Positions 39,035 to 52,345 of a DNA stretch of 64,000 nucleotides are shown here, piece by piece. The translations under genes were made by a program, and so were the position numbers. The stretch lies in NCBI GenBank assembly GCA_965113315.1, contig OZ220368.1; one strand, written 5' to 3'. The notes below the pieces were generated by a model. That model worked only from the letters and a program-made list of their open reading frames with translations, did not search any database and was not told the origin of the DNA. Source of the stretch: Podarcis vaucheri. Taxonomy: Eukaryota. Numbering within the stretch: the first letter of the stretch is position 1; every line of letters begins with the position of its first letter.

Positions 39035-39900
39035 CTGAGGAAGTAAAAAAAAAATCATCAACATCAGACCCATGCAAAATTCACTTTACTAGAGTCGCCT
39101 GGAAACAAAGTCATATCTGTGTTCTTTATACCACTTGTGATCAGTTTCCTTTTATTAAATTAGTACCATTCTAGCTACCCTCAGACTCACTGACAATCAC
39201 CTCCCAAGCCATCCAGTCTTCTTTCACAAATCAAATAGGATAGGAATTCAATATTCACATGGCATGTTGCATACATCTTGTTGGCATCAAAGAACAAGAC
39301 TAGATGATCCATAGAGTCCCTTCCAACTCTATGATTCTCAGACAATATGAATACGATCCAAGATGCTTCTTGACATTTTTAGTTTGAAACACCCCATCTA
39401 GCTTAGAAAACTGGCAAAGTGGTGCAACAGTGGTTTCTTTCATAAGAGTGGAATATTAGCACCACATGCTCTTCTACATATCAGCTATTTTGTTTTTTTA
39501 TTGAAGTACTCTGGCTCTGCATTCAGTTACACTGAAGTAACTCCATGAACTGGCTTTTGGAAGGAAGAGGTGGGGTGGACAAGGAAAAGAAATATGCATG
39601 CACAATAGATCTTTTAGTGTTCACACTGCAGAAGAGAACACCTACATGCATGCATTTTTAAAACCTTGGAGCAGAAAGAGAGCACAAGCTGAACACCTGT
39701 GTCATCTTAATTGCACCTTAAATGTGCCTGAAATCTGGACAAGAACTAATACCAAAACTAACTAAAGTGCAGAGGGAACCTCAATAATGAGTCAGGACAG
39801 CCTCACAGTTGAGCTCCAGGTGCACATTTAAAAATAATGTTCCAAAAAAGAGAGAGAGAGAGAGAAATATTAGCTCATGCCCCTAGCAAAGAATACTTAC

Positions 39901-40051
39901 TGCCTTCCCATGTGCAGTGCAACAGATTAAGCGCCCCTTCAATTCGCTTCCAGTGCTGGAGATGGAAGAAAGCATATGCCACTGCTTCACTGTCTCCACG
40001 TTTCAGGATATGCTCCGGAGGCAAAATTAAGCTTTTCATTTCTAGTAAGTA
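39901..40051 (-). CDS. ST7L: ST7L exon 12 (151 nt)
   Basis: ttcttccag acceptor, GTAAGT donor; [50 protein letters not shown]. Confidence 0.96.
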
Positions 40052-41299
40052 CTGGAAGAAAAAGTGTGAAGTGACGTGAAGCTACACAGACTATTGAGGC
40101 TAGTTTTTCATATACACAGACTTTCAGATATTTCAAAATTACTTTCAGCTTGATGCATATATTACATTAGAGATAAAAGTTGCTGACTGGAACAAAATGT
40201 GGATTATTTGGCAAATGCAAATTTGAGAAGCGCCTTATGTACAGGCATATACAGACACCACTCACTGGGGAAAGACTAAATCAGATAAGTGTCAATATTT
40301 TACAAACACATTCAGACTTCAGATTGCAGTACGCAAAGTGGTTCCAGGAACATACATGTAATTGCCTTTGTAGACAGACTAGGAGACAGAACATCAGTGA
40401 AAATCTTCAGTCCACGTGATGCAATCATTATATTAGGTGCTAATACTAATCCCCAGTTCTTGGAGAATTTATCAAACAGAAGACACCCTTCAGCAACAGA
40501 CAGCACTGGCTGAACACAAATCATAATGAAAACTGAAGTGGTAGCCAGGGATTAGGCAACTCCGCAGTCCAGTAAAAGCCATTAAAAGCACCATGTGTAC
40601 TCCAAAGCCCCCTTCCCAACCCCTTCAATCACAGGCACTCTTTTCTCCATTGAAGAAGGCCCACTATCTAGATGCAGACAATGAATCTGGAAAAGCAACA
40701 TGCTACTACTAACATGGGTGGTTTTTGTTTGCTGCTTTCTTCAAAAATGCAACTTAGTTTGCATTGCTAAATGTGCCAAAGGGGGGGGGGGGAATAGTGC
40801 GTGTTCCTTTTACAGAGCAATGCACTTCCACATTTACATGCAAGAACAACAAGATTAGGACAGCAAAAACAAATAACCACAATCAACGCGATTTATAAGG
40901 AAATGACTCCCAAGAAGTGGAAGAGGATACAACAGTAAATTATAGAAGTAATAAGGGTGGTGATGTGCTCAACTGCCAGCAGGGCCTGTTGAAAACAAAA
41001 TTTTGAGGAGCCCAGGGAGTTTGTCTTTGTTAGGGTTTCACACTGATAGGTAGGTCCCAAACAGCGACACACAAGAAACTCCATTAATAGGTCTCTTAAA
41101 ATAAATAAATAAGTCTGGCAATTGTCACGGTATAGCTCTGGTTCAGTACTCTGCCTTCACTGCTTTGTCTCCCAGTAAAACAAAAGGGGATGGAGGCTAT
41201 TCGCCTTACCAAATTGACTTGTGTCCTCAAGCAGACAGAGAACTGTATTTACGTGCCATTCACAAAGCAATCTACTGAGTCTATTCCATACGAGTGATG

Positions 41300-41500
41300 G
41301 GATGATGATAATAATTTTACTTATACTCCGCCCATCTGGCTGGGTTTCCCCAGCCACTCTGGGCGGCTTACAGCATGTATAAAACATAGTAAGACATCAA
41401 ACATTACAAACTTCCCAATACAAGGCTGCCTTCAGATGTCTTCTAAAAGTTATGCAGTTCTTTATCTCCTTAACATCTGAAGGCAGGGCATTCCACAGGG
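41300..41500 (-). mobile_element. L2-clade LINE 3' end
   Basis: (ATG/ATA)n tail, ccgcccatctggctgggtttccccagccactctgggcggct, then agggcattccacaggg. Confidence 0.75.
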
Positions 41501-41626
41501 ATAGGTGTGGCTCTCAAGTTACTATTGGAGTATACTCCCATCATCCATGATCCTTGGCCATGCTGGCAGGGGCTTATGTGAGTTGGGTTCTACGGAATCT
41601 GGAGAGCCACAGGTTCACCATTCCTG
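41496..41626. mobile_element. hAT-type palindromic MITE, diverged
   Basis: tgtggctctc...actcccatcatcc...tctggagagccacaggttcaccattcctg. Confidence 0.65.
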
Positions 41627-42568
41627 TTCTACAGGTATACTCTTCCACAAAATGCAAATGGTTACTTTAAATGCTCTTGCTAGTGTATAATTACTTGAGT
41701 ACCCCCCCTTTAGAAATTCTTTTTGAAAAAGAGAAATATTTTCAGAGTAAAGTACTAACAATTGCAGGTTTAAAATTTCATTGAGGGAAACAAATCGGAG
41801 AACGTTTAGAGAATATTAAATGACTGACTTTGATGAAGTCACTTATGAACTGGCCTGATCCACACAATAATGGCCAAAGCTAATCACATCCTTGATCACT
41901 GCAGTCAATAACACTGTCAGTTCTCCCCAAAACTGTAAGAATGCAGTGAACTTAATGATTTTTCAGCAGATGCCACAAACCATGAGATTATTTACTAATC
42001 CAGTTTAGAGGACTTAACTTTTCCCATTCAGATTCTTGAAGGAATGTAGCCAAGGTTGTGCCCTGGTCAAATACAGTGCATTTACTGCTTCACTAGGTTC
42101 TTCATTTTGTGTCTTGGGGCTACTTCTGGGAGGGTAATATTCTTACTAATCCCATTTAATCCTCTTTGACAATTTTTTTTTTAACACAGTAAGGGATCAC
42201 TTGTAGAGAGCTATTGTGGGAAAATGGTCTCAAATATCTGACCTCTGACATGACCCCTGATGGTCTTCAGTAACTAGTTTGGTGTTGAGATAGATTTCTT
42301 AAATAAGGCAGGGGGAAAGTTGCAACAATGGTCAAGCTTCAACTATATTAGCCTCTCAATCACTAATTGTGAACTCTCCAGCTCAGGGGGTTAAATCTGC
42401 CTGTCTTTCTACATTATGCCATGCAGACGCATAAGATAAATAAGTGGAAACTGCAGAAAAATAACTAGTTCTAAATCACTTGTTTAGCTATTTGCTTTCG
42501 TATGGGGGGGAGGGGGAGATGGCATGCTGAAAGTATTTTAGTTGCAAATTTGGCACGCAGAACCTGTT

Positions 42569-42636
<68 letters not shown>
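42569..42636. repeat. Compound microsatellite (TC)8(AC)9(AG)17
   Basis: Read directly. Confidence 0.97.
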
Positions 42637-42638
<2 letters not shown>

Positions 42639-42814
42639 GTGTTGCTGTCATTTCCAAAAAAAGACACCCATTTCCCCAAAAAAACAAGTGTACTTGGGTG
42701 CCAGTTTGGAGGGTTTGTACTGCCAGAGAAACTGAACAGTGATCGTGCTGGTGTACCACCTACTGCTCAACAGCCTTTCTGTCAAAGATGGTTGAGGTAA
42801 TTTTAAGTGTGGTA

Positions 42815-44215
42815 GATGCCTCCTTGTAGCAGGGAGTGTTCCTTGTCATATTGAATGGAAGGGGTATATCATCACACCTAGATCATGAGGATCTAAACCA
42901 CTACTCAGTCACTAACATCCCTTTCTGAGCAAGATGCTCAAGAGACTTGTGGCCATGCAATTTCAGACATACTAAAAGGAAAAGCAATTATCTCGTCCCA
43001 TTTAATTCAGCACCAGGGCTGAATCTAGACACATCGAAAAAGTGTTTCAGTTAAACTTGCTGTAAACTTCATACAGGGGAATCCCATTGGCGAAAGACAG
43101 GACTCCACATCGCCATCTGGTGTCACAGTGTTATAATGCATATAAAGTGCTTTATCTTTACAAATGTAGCTGAGTCCCAAGTCTGGTTTTGGCACAGAGA
43201 CGGCTGTGGCTGAAAACTTGCTTTAGGAGAGAAATGGAAGTGTTACCCTGTTGCTTCTCCTTGAACTCTTAGTGGATTTTGATACCATCAACCATGTTAT
43301 ACTCCTGGAGTAACTTGGTGGGTTGGGATCACCATGTTACAGTGATCCCAGACCTACCTATAGGGCTGCTTCCAAAGAGCTGAGTTTGGCTTAGCCCCAA
43401 GTTCTGCAATCCTTATTTTTGTTCCCACTGCTATTTAAATATCTATATGAAGTCATTAGGTCACATCATCAGAGAGTTTGGAACTCAGTGCCATCAACAT
43501 GCAGATGACATTCAGCAATGTATTTCAGTACTGTCTAAACTAGATATAGCCATGTCTGTGCTGAACCAGTGTCTGAAGGTAGTAATTAGCTGGATGAAGG
43601 CCAATAAACGGAACCCTGACTTCGTGAAAACACTGTTGGTGGGTGGTCCTTGTGCTGGGAAAATGTGTATTTTGCCTCTTCTAGATTCCTGGATCAAAAT
43701 ATCCCAGCTAGTTTTACATGTTCTAGTAATCTCCCAGTTGGATTACTGTAATACACTCTACATACAGCTGCATCTAAAGTTTTAACAGGTGCTCCAAGGC
43801 TTATTACACCTATTCTGCAGGAGCTTCACTGGCTACCTACAATTTAAAGTGTTATTAGTATGTTAAAGCCCTGAATGACTTGAAGTGCCTCTCTCCATAT
43901 TAACCAGCTTGGGCTCCAAAATCAGTTGAGAGTGCCTTATTCGCAGTCCCACCTATGAGTCTTGTGGGCCTTCTCTGTGATTGTACCTTGACTCTGAAAC
44001 CTTGCTCAACGGTATGGACAGAATAATCACTTACGGTTTTCCACTGTACAGTTCAAACTTGCACCTCTCCCAAATCTTTGGAATTTTACAACACTCTAGT
44101 GTTGTAATATTTGCTTTGCTTTAATTGTATTTCATTTTAATAACTGTAACTTTCAGTACTGTTGGAAAACACTTTGAGAGTGTCTGGTGAAAAGTGCTAT
44201 ACAAATTTTATAAGG
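42815..44215 (+). mobile_element. L2-clade LINE, degenerate ORF2 (RT) and 3' end
   Basis: Broken RT motifs: ggttttggcacagagacggct (GFGTETA), FDTINH, LFxIYMKSLG, HQHADDIQ (YADD-like), SQLDYCNTLY, cactggctacct (HWLP); many stops and frameshifts. Confidence 0.88.
43108..43140 (-). promoter_or_regulatory. CTCF-like motif (core plus upstream TGCA-type module)
   Basis: The minus strand reads TGCATTATAACACTGTGACACCAGATGGCGATG. Confidence 0.5.
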
Positions 44216-44440
44216 CAACTAAGGTTTGATAAAAGAAGTTTTGGAATTCCAGAAGAAAGATCCATTTGAATCAATGAGATTTATTTATGAGTAGATATAC
44301 ACAGGACTACTCATCTTGAAACTTTAGTTTTGACCAAGAAAAAATGCACATCTAAAACAAGCATTTGTTATTTCAGATTCATGCTTAACTATAAGATTGA
44401 ACATACATTCCCTGAAAACTCAGGTAGCAGGGGTGGGAAT

Positions 44441-44443
44441 GCG

Positions 44444-44480
<37 letters not shown>
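44441..44480. repeat. (GC)6(AC)14 alternating purine-pyrimidine tract
   Basis: Read directly. Confidence 0.97.
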
Positions 44481-44484
<4 letters not shown>

Positions 44485-46589
44485 CAAGCAGTCAAGCAAG
44501 CCTGTTATGGCTTAAATTGAAAACCATAGACACAATATATTCCAGAACTTGACTCTTCCTTAATCTAAAGAAGCTGTGCCTGTATCTAACACTGCTGGCA
44601 CACCATTCTCCCCAGCTCCTTGTCAGCTGGAAGTTGCACCAATACAAATAATGAAATCTGAAAGCATGACCAGAAAGGAAGATAGAATTATGGATAACAC
44701 GAAGCGCTAATTTTCTTGACAACACACAAAGCTAGTCAGGACAACACAAAAAGATGGTACAGACATATTAAACTCCTTAAGGATACAGCAGTTCTGAGGC
44801 AATTGAAGAGACACCTAACTCTTAGATAATGATAAGACATCATAATCTTCTCCCCCTAAAGGCAGAGGATGAAGCAAAATCTGTCTGAGACTGTCTGAAA
44901 TGAACTTGCTGTGCTCTTGATCAGTCATGCAGGCAAGCAGCAAATTCTCTCAGCAATTAGCTCTCTCAGTGCACATTCTATCAGATTGGACAGGCAGACA
45001 GAAGACTGGATGGATAAATTCAGACCTTCAAGGAAAGAACCATTTGGACGTCCCGATTATCAGAGGAGGATTAGGTCTGAGGATAAGCCATCCTTCCACT
45101 ATCAAGACTGCAAGGGCCATATATCATCAGTGTCAGGAATGTATAGAGCTGGTTGAAATTCCAACTGTATACACTCATTTAGGGGAAAGTTGGGCCGGGG
45201 GGGGGGGAAGAGTCTCCCATCTAGGCTCATCCCATTGGGTGATATACACTTTACGAGTGTGGTAGGAAGGCTTTAATTGTTCCATATGACACGAAAATAA
45301 AATGCTTTTAAAATCTGTCTTGGAAACAGAATTTGGTCGGGATAAGAAATTAGTCAATTACATCAGCTTAAACATTTATGTTTCAGGTTACCTGAATTAA
45401 CCTCATGGATGTTTTAATTTTCTTTTAAGTCACTATTTTACCTAGCACTTGTGTAGCTACACAAGCAAATTAAACATAATCATTGTAAGTTTCTAATATT
45501 AGAAATATTAGACAACATAGCTAAGAGATAATATTTATGTAGCGACTTCCAGATGCTGGGAACTAGAACTCTCATCGTTGCTAACCACCGGTCATATTGG
45601 CTGTGAGTGATGGGAGGTGGAGTACAATATATGTGGAGGGGACCATGCTGGTCATCCCAGTCTCAGATATTGAGAACACTTAAAATTTGTTATAATGAAC
45701 AGTTCACTTGAAATACACAAATTGCACTATCTAGAACAGTGAAGCATTTGTACAATATTATATTAAAGTTTATATTTTACCAGCAGAACAAATTCAAAAC
45801 ATAATCCCTTAACACTGATCAGCACCAATGTGCCCAGTAAACCACATGTTCTGCGAAAGAATATGTTCATAAATGTCGTGTATATTGTCTGCAAAAAGAC
45901 TAAGGGCAAAAATCAGTCCTCAGTGTTGCATGAAGAGGCACTTATGGAAGCTCAGAAAGGCATGACAAAAAGCTCTTTTTCAGTTTATGAGGTGCAATTT
46001 TGCTGTCAGGATTTACAATTATCCTGCCAGGTTTACAGTAAAATGAGCTGGTAGTGAGCTGGTAGTGCATGCAACTGTAAGACAGTCTTACATTTCATTA
46101 ACAGTACAGTAAGACTGCAACTCATGTGAGCATTACGTTCCAGGGCACTCATGTGAGCACTACATTCTACACAGCACATACACAAAATCACACACAGAGA
46201 AAAAGCTGCCTGCTGGAAGTGGGGGAAATCCTGCGCAGAAGACCCTGCACTGGCTTCCTAGGCTGCAAGAAAGGTGGGGGGAAGCTTGGTTCCTTCAGAT
46301 GCGAAAAGGGAGAGAAAAGCAGACAGGGAGAGAGGTAGGCAGAAATGTGGCTCAATTCCAGTTTGGGGGGTTTGTTTTGCCTGCAGCTCTGTCAGCCTCT
46401 CTATGTCCAGCCAGCAGCTCAAAATTTCTTCTTCTTCTTCTCCCATCTGCCTCTACAGCTTCCCCACTCATTTCACTCATTTTGGAGCTGTCACCTCTGC
46501 TGCAACCATGGTTGGGAAGGCTGCTGCTTCCTCAAGAGCCAAGAGTGCAGAATTGAATTTGCGCAAGTAAAATGAGTGTGTGCCGCAAC

Positions 46590-46950
46590 TGCACTATACA
46601 AAGTCCAGACCACATGGGGAAATAGTTCCACTCTTTGCGAGTCAGTCCAAATCTGGAGTAGTGGGTTCAGTTCTGGGTGCCACATTTAAGAAGGACTGGT
46701 GAATGTCCAGCCAGCATGGTGAGGCAGTCTGAAAACCAAGCTCTATGAAGAGCAGTTGAAAGATCTGAATACTAAAAGTGAGATGTAATAAAAGTCTGGA
46801 AACTGCTGGGAAGCCCATTTCAGCAAAACATTAGAAGAAGTTTCCTAACTGTTACGAGCCATTTGACAGTGGAATAGGCTGTCTGGGGAACTGGTAGGCA
46901 CTAGCTTCACTGGAGGCATCTGGTCAGAAGCTGGTCAACCATCTGTCAAG
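46590..46950 (+). mobile_element. CR1 LINE fragment, old
   Basis: gttcagttctgggtgccacatttaagaagga (VQFWVPHLR), tatgaagagcagttgaaa, aaacattagaagaagtttccta, cagtggaataggctg. Confidence 0.75.
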
Positions 46951-48091
46951 AGAAGCTGTAATTCAGGGGTGAGAACAACTTTGGCTCAGCAGGCCAGATT
47001 CTAAAGTGGCCACCCCTTTGTGGGCCACTTTTGACAGGAGGATGGATCCCCAGGGATGTGTGAGGAGCAAGGTTCGGGGATGAAAGCAAGGTGTCTGGAG
47101 GAGCAGTAAGATATCCTTCCAGTCTCCTCCAATTAGTTTGCACAAGACCGAAGAAATGCCTTCCATAGGAACAGTTTCAAGCCCCAATAGGCCCTGCTTC
47201 TAAGAAAAAATGGTCCCCATTAAAGGACAACATCTTTCTTCAAAGCAGAAACCATCCTTATCCTATGGGTATTCCTGCATGGGAAAGCACTATATTCAAA
47301 CGGAGAATGATCAAACCCACTGTATGTAGAATGGTTTACAGGTTCATTTAGAGCTAGCAATAGTCACAAACAAAAGGATGGAACTAAAACACTTACTCAA
47401 ATATCTTTCTGAGAACCCATCTGTTTCTTATTGTCTCACTTATCTGATACATCTAGTTTTCAACTGGACAAAATCCTAAATTTCAGCCATTTAGAAAAAG
47501 CTTTCACTTCCTATTAGACAAAGAAAGTGGTCCATTAACAATTGACTCTTTGGAAAAAAACAAATAAAAGCATGCAAAAAACAAGTTCTTCCCTAGAGGA
47601 GTTATTTTTAACTTAGTTCTAGTACAATATGCTATAGTTCTGACTGTCTACAGATGAAATTGTCCCCAAAAAATGCTGATACGATCATTATTTCCTGGAT
47701 AGTTGTTCTGTTCCCATGGTTCTCAAAGTGGTAGGTGAATCTCCCTAAGGAGGTTTGCAATCTCTGGGATTATTAGTGGTCCTGTTTACCCCACACTTCC
47801 TTCGATTTTCTTCTTATTTTTACTAATCTATAAGGTGTCAACTTGTGCGATGTTTGCTTGGAAATCAAAGTAATAGGGATATATATTAACACATTTGTAT
47901 GGGCTGTGTGAATTCAAGAATAAACAGAGGGGTTCACTGTGTTCTATTTTTCTGGAATCCATATCTAAACAGGGACCTTAAATGACCCTTTGAGCTCATA
48001 TTAAATCATGCCTTGACAACAAGCGGCACCAACTCATTGCTTTTTCTTAGTTATGTTTAAACAAGCTCAAACATTGTCTCTTATCTTAGGA

Positions 48092-48228
48092 CAGGGGTAG
48101 CCAACATGGTGCTTCTTAGATGTTTTTGAACTACAACCCCCATCAGCCCCAGCCAGCATGGTCAATTGTCTGGAATGATGAGAGTTGTAGTCCAACAACA
48201 TATGGAGGGCACCACATTCACTACCCTA
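48092..48228. mobile_element. hAT-type palindromic MITE
   Basis: caggggtagccaacatggtgc / gcaccacattcactacccta termini; internal actacaaccccca...gagagttgtagt arms. Confidence 0.75.
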
Positions 48229-49358
48229 CTTAGAGGGGAATTATATTAGGTTGGAAATTTAGTCAACATGCTTCTACCAATCAGAAAACAAAATCATGCT
48301 CTAGGACAACATACTATTTCATGGTCTTTGAATGTTTCATTAAGATAAACAAGTGCCCACCCTATGGAGGTTAACATATATTATCTCCCTCTGTATGGAA
48401 AATTATGGCTGGGGAAGCAAGTAGAGTCTGTTTAGCAGGAGATCCTAAGGACTACCTTGATCAGCCAACCTATTTATCAACTCAGGAGCTCAAAAGCAGC
48501 CAGCAGAAACACAGAGGTGAATGCTTGGTATTACAGAAGCTGAAATGGTTTATATATTTCTATTTAGATTTATGGTACCTTTCAAAACAGAACACAAAGT
48601 GGTTTTACAAACAGAACAATTAAATCAGATAACAATTTCCATACATCTTTAAAACAAATAAAATTGAAAATAAATAATAGCAGGGGGGGGGGTGAAAAGA
48701 CAGTGAACTAGAAAGACAGTGAGCTCAGAACCGTAAAATCCTTTTTTTAAAGGGCTAGAGGAAAACATGAGATTCCTAGTCTCCCTAGATCAGAGGTGGT
48801 GAACTTTATTTTCAATCTGAGGGCCATACTGCCTCAGCATGGTCAAAACCAAATCAGGCATAGCTATCCCACACTCGCTCTTTCTTGTACATACACCTAG
48901 CTCAGCCACACATCCTTAACTCAAGACAACTCTACAGAAACACACATACCACACTTTACACACCATTGTTTATCTCTTTCCCAGCAGTGCAATACAACTG
49001 CTCCCTCTTCTGTTACCCCCTTCTCTGATTCCCCCACTCTCCCTGCCAGTCTTGTGGCATTACACCCTCCCCATGTGTTCTTCCTAACCCTACCATCCCC
49101 AAGGGCTCCATGATTCACTTCAGGACAGACTGATTAGGATCCTCCTACCAGTATTAACAGCATTTGCAGAACTTTACCAGCAACTGTGATTTCAGAAAAT
49201 CAACAAGAACAGCTGAAATCTGAACACACAAGTCAAGAAGTGCAGTGTGAGTGAGGCCAAGGACCTCAGAAGTGCTATGAGAGACCAATAAAAAACAGAG
49301 TCCTTCTCAGTGATGGCTAAAGTAAAGAATTCATTGAATGGTGAAGGAAGGATTAGGA

Positions 49359-49494
49359 CAGGCATAAGCAAACTCGGCCCTCCAGATGTTTTGGGACTAC
49401 AACTCCCATCATCCCTACCTAACAGGACCAGTGGTCAGGGATGATGGGAACTGTAGTCTCAAAACATCTGGAGGGCCGAGTTTGCCTATGCCCG
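49359..49494. mobile_element. hAT MITE, 136 bp (same family as 12206, opposite orientation)
   Basis: TIRs caggcataagcaaactcggccctccagatgtttt / aaaacatctggagggccgagtttgcctatgcccg; perfect 8-bp TSD gattagga. Confidence 0.94.
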
Positions 49495-50257
49495 GATTAG
49501 GAAATAAGTCTGCTTTTGTCAAATATAAACAAATAATCCAAATGGGATGGCTCTAGTTAGGAGACACATAGGAGAGAGGGAGAATATTGTGGCAGGCTGG
49601 AGGTTGCAGTGCCTATCTTAAAACAAAAACAGGCAATAGAGAGCATTTGACAGCACCAGAACCACCAATGAATGGAAAATGCACTGTTCCTATTCGAAGA
49701 TAACAATCAAATAGTAGCACCAGGAACAACAAATTTGCCAACAAACATACAAACTACGTAATCTCTCAGCATGAAACCAATTATAAGGACACTAATCCCT
49801 GTGAAACTCTGTCATGCAAAAATGCTTTTGGGCTGCAAGCATTTGAGATTAACAATTATGAATTGTTAGGTGTTGCAGAATAACATGGTGTCAATGTGTG
49901 ACAGAACTTTGAAGAGCTAAAAACAACAACCCTGTACTTCTGTCTTATGATATTTTAGCAAATGTATGCTCTCAAACCTATGTGTGCCCGAGAAAATGTG
50001 AATGCTGGAGATGGGGGTGGAAATCAGTGCAGGAAGTGCCTCCATGAAGACACTCCCACTCCAGAGATCACTATTCTCCCAACTGAGTTTACCTCTTGTT
50101 TCAGAGCCCATTTGTTTAAAAGTGATTTTACCCAAGTGCCTGCTATATCTGCCTCATAAGACAGAATGCTGGTCATACTGTGTAGTTCTACACTCAATAT
50201 GGTGTATGTAGAGAAGTTCTTAAAATAATCACCTGTTTTAGTTGGCTTGCCTTTTGC

Positions 50258-50260
<3 letters not shown>

Positions 50261-50284
<24 letters not shown>
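50261..50284. repeat. (GT)12 microsatellite
   Basis: Read directly; 34 nt from the ST7L exon 11 donor. Confidence 0.97.
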
Positions 50285-50288
<4 letters not shown>

Positions 50289-50318
50289 ATGCATGCACGC
50301 ACGCAGACAAACACTTAC

Positions 50319-50421
50319 CTTTGGAACATGAGGATTAAATTCAACTGCTCTGTGAATTGCCTCTACAGCATTAATCTCTGCTGTACTAAGTCCTCTTCTA
50401 GAGGCTGTTTCTGGAGAGAAT
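50319..50421 (-). CDS. ST7L: ST7L exon 11 (103 nt)
   Basis: ctgcag acceptor, GTAAGT donor; [34 protein letters not shown]. Confidence 0.96.
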
Positions 50422-50662
50422 CTGCAGCAACATTCAAAAGTTTGTCAAGTTACTCAAACTGAGGCAAAGGATAATCTGGCTTTTTTTTTAAGCTGAGCTG
50501 ATTGAAAATAAAAATTTTAAGCAAAAGCTCAAATTAGCTGGGCCAGAGCTTAATCCAGCAAAGCAAAAGCACTACTTGCAGTTGCCAGATGCAAAATTAT
50601 TTGCTTGCAGGAAGAATGAAGAGTTTATCACTTTACATCTGAATCTGAAATATTTCACTTAC

Positions 50663-50735
50663 CTATCTGAAACTGCTCTGGCCTTTAAGAGTGCTGCTGT
50701 GTAACATATCGCTGCTGATTTTGGAAGGCTGATGT
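50663..50735 (-). CDS. ST7L: ST7L exon 10 (73 nt)
   Basis: ttcatag acceptor, GTAAGT donor; DISLPKSAAICYTAALLKARAVSD(R). Confidence 0.96.
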
Positions 50736-52034
50736 CTATGAAACAATAAATTGTTGTATTTACATTCTAAAGTGAGAAACATTTCAAAACCACACCCTTC
50801 GAGAAGAGGGAGGTACTTTAAAGCTACCACAAAGGAAAAGGCAATGTTTCAGACTAAGTTTACTTGCCTTGTGTGAGAGCTCAGGGGAGGAAACTACAGA
50901 GAAAGACACGGCTATGCATCTTACTCTCTTGTACATGTGTCAAATGTCTGCTGCTTTGGATCATGGCTCCAAAGTGTCTGTAGCTTCTTATTTCTGAGAA
51001 TTCCAAGATGACTAAAGGACCATGGCCATTGATGTGGCTCATAAAAACATATGCCCCCAACACCCGTGTGCCCACAGCAACAGAATGTGGGATAACCTCT
51101 TCTGTTCCATATATTCTCTGTCACTCATCTTTCTTTCCTGTACAATCTCAACCATAAGTCCCATTCTTTCCTCTTTTCTCCTAATCACCTCTTTCCTTAC
51201 TGTCATCACCACAACTTCCCACAAAGTTACTCTTCTTAGCTACTAATTCCCTTCCTCCTTTTCCCAAATGAGAGGATCAAAATTTTGGGCTGGTTGCCAC
51301 ACAGCAATGTTCAGAATCATGTATTGTTTCTGGCAAGTCTTCAACATCACTAATGTCATAAAACCAGGTTAAAGCAATCTATTAACACATTCTAAAATGC
51401 CTCCAGCCACCTTCAAATCCCCCGCCCCCCAATTCCATGTTAATGGGCAGTTTTAGCCACTATCTACTTTTTAACTTTTAAAAAAATACTTAGCTATCAA
51501 GTGTAAGAATCTGCAATATATTCTGAGTTAAAGCAATGGCTCCATCTAGCTCCAGCATTGCATCTGAATCACGGCAGCTTTTCAGCATCTTGAATCTTGA
51601 ACACCCATTGCTGGAGGGGACAAGGAGTAAATCTGACACCCACTGAACTGTGTTCCCATCCTTAACTTCATCAGAAACATGATAATTAGTTTTAATATTA
51701 CTGTTCAGAGTTTACATGAAACTCTTCTTACATTTATGTATGTGTTCCATGCTTTGCTGAAAAGAAACTAAGCACTATGCAGTCCTAGAGGAAGAACTGT
51801 TAGGAAAAACTCCTTTAGAGCACCTCTCACAGAAAATATGGCAAATCTGCCACTGAACTTGAAGCGCATTATAGTTTTTTGACCCGAAATCCTTTGCAGA
51901 GAGATGCACCACAGAAAAAATGGTGTAACTTTGAGAACATAAAGAAGTAATTAGTCTCTTCTGCTAACTGTATATAAACATCAATATAACATACTAGTGA
52001 CAGGATACATTATTCAATTATAATGTAAAAAGTT

Positions 52035-52345
52035 AAGGTAAAGGTAAATTAGGTCCAGTGGCGGAAGACTCTGGGGTTGCGGTGCTCATCTTGCTTTATT
52101 GGCCGAGGGAGCCGGTGTACAGCTTCCAGGTCATGTGGCCAGCATGACTAAGCCGCTTCTGGTGAACCAGAGCAGCGCACGGAAACTCCGTTTACCTTCC
52201 TGTCGGAGTGGTACCTATTTATCTACTTGCACTTTGAAGTGCTTTTGAACTGCTAGGTTGGCAGGAGCAGGGACCGAGCAATGGGAGCTCATCCCCTCAC
52301 GGGGATTCGAACTGTTGACCTTCTGATCAGCAAGCCCTAGGCTCT
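52035..52345 (-). mobile_element. Sauria SINE (Squam1), 5'-truncated
   Basis: (aaaggt)n tail on +, ggtcatgtggccagcatgact core, gtacctatttatctact, ggggattcgaac B-box; head missing. Confidence 0.92.
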
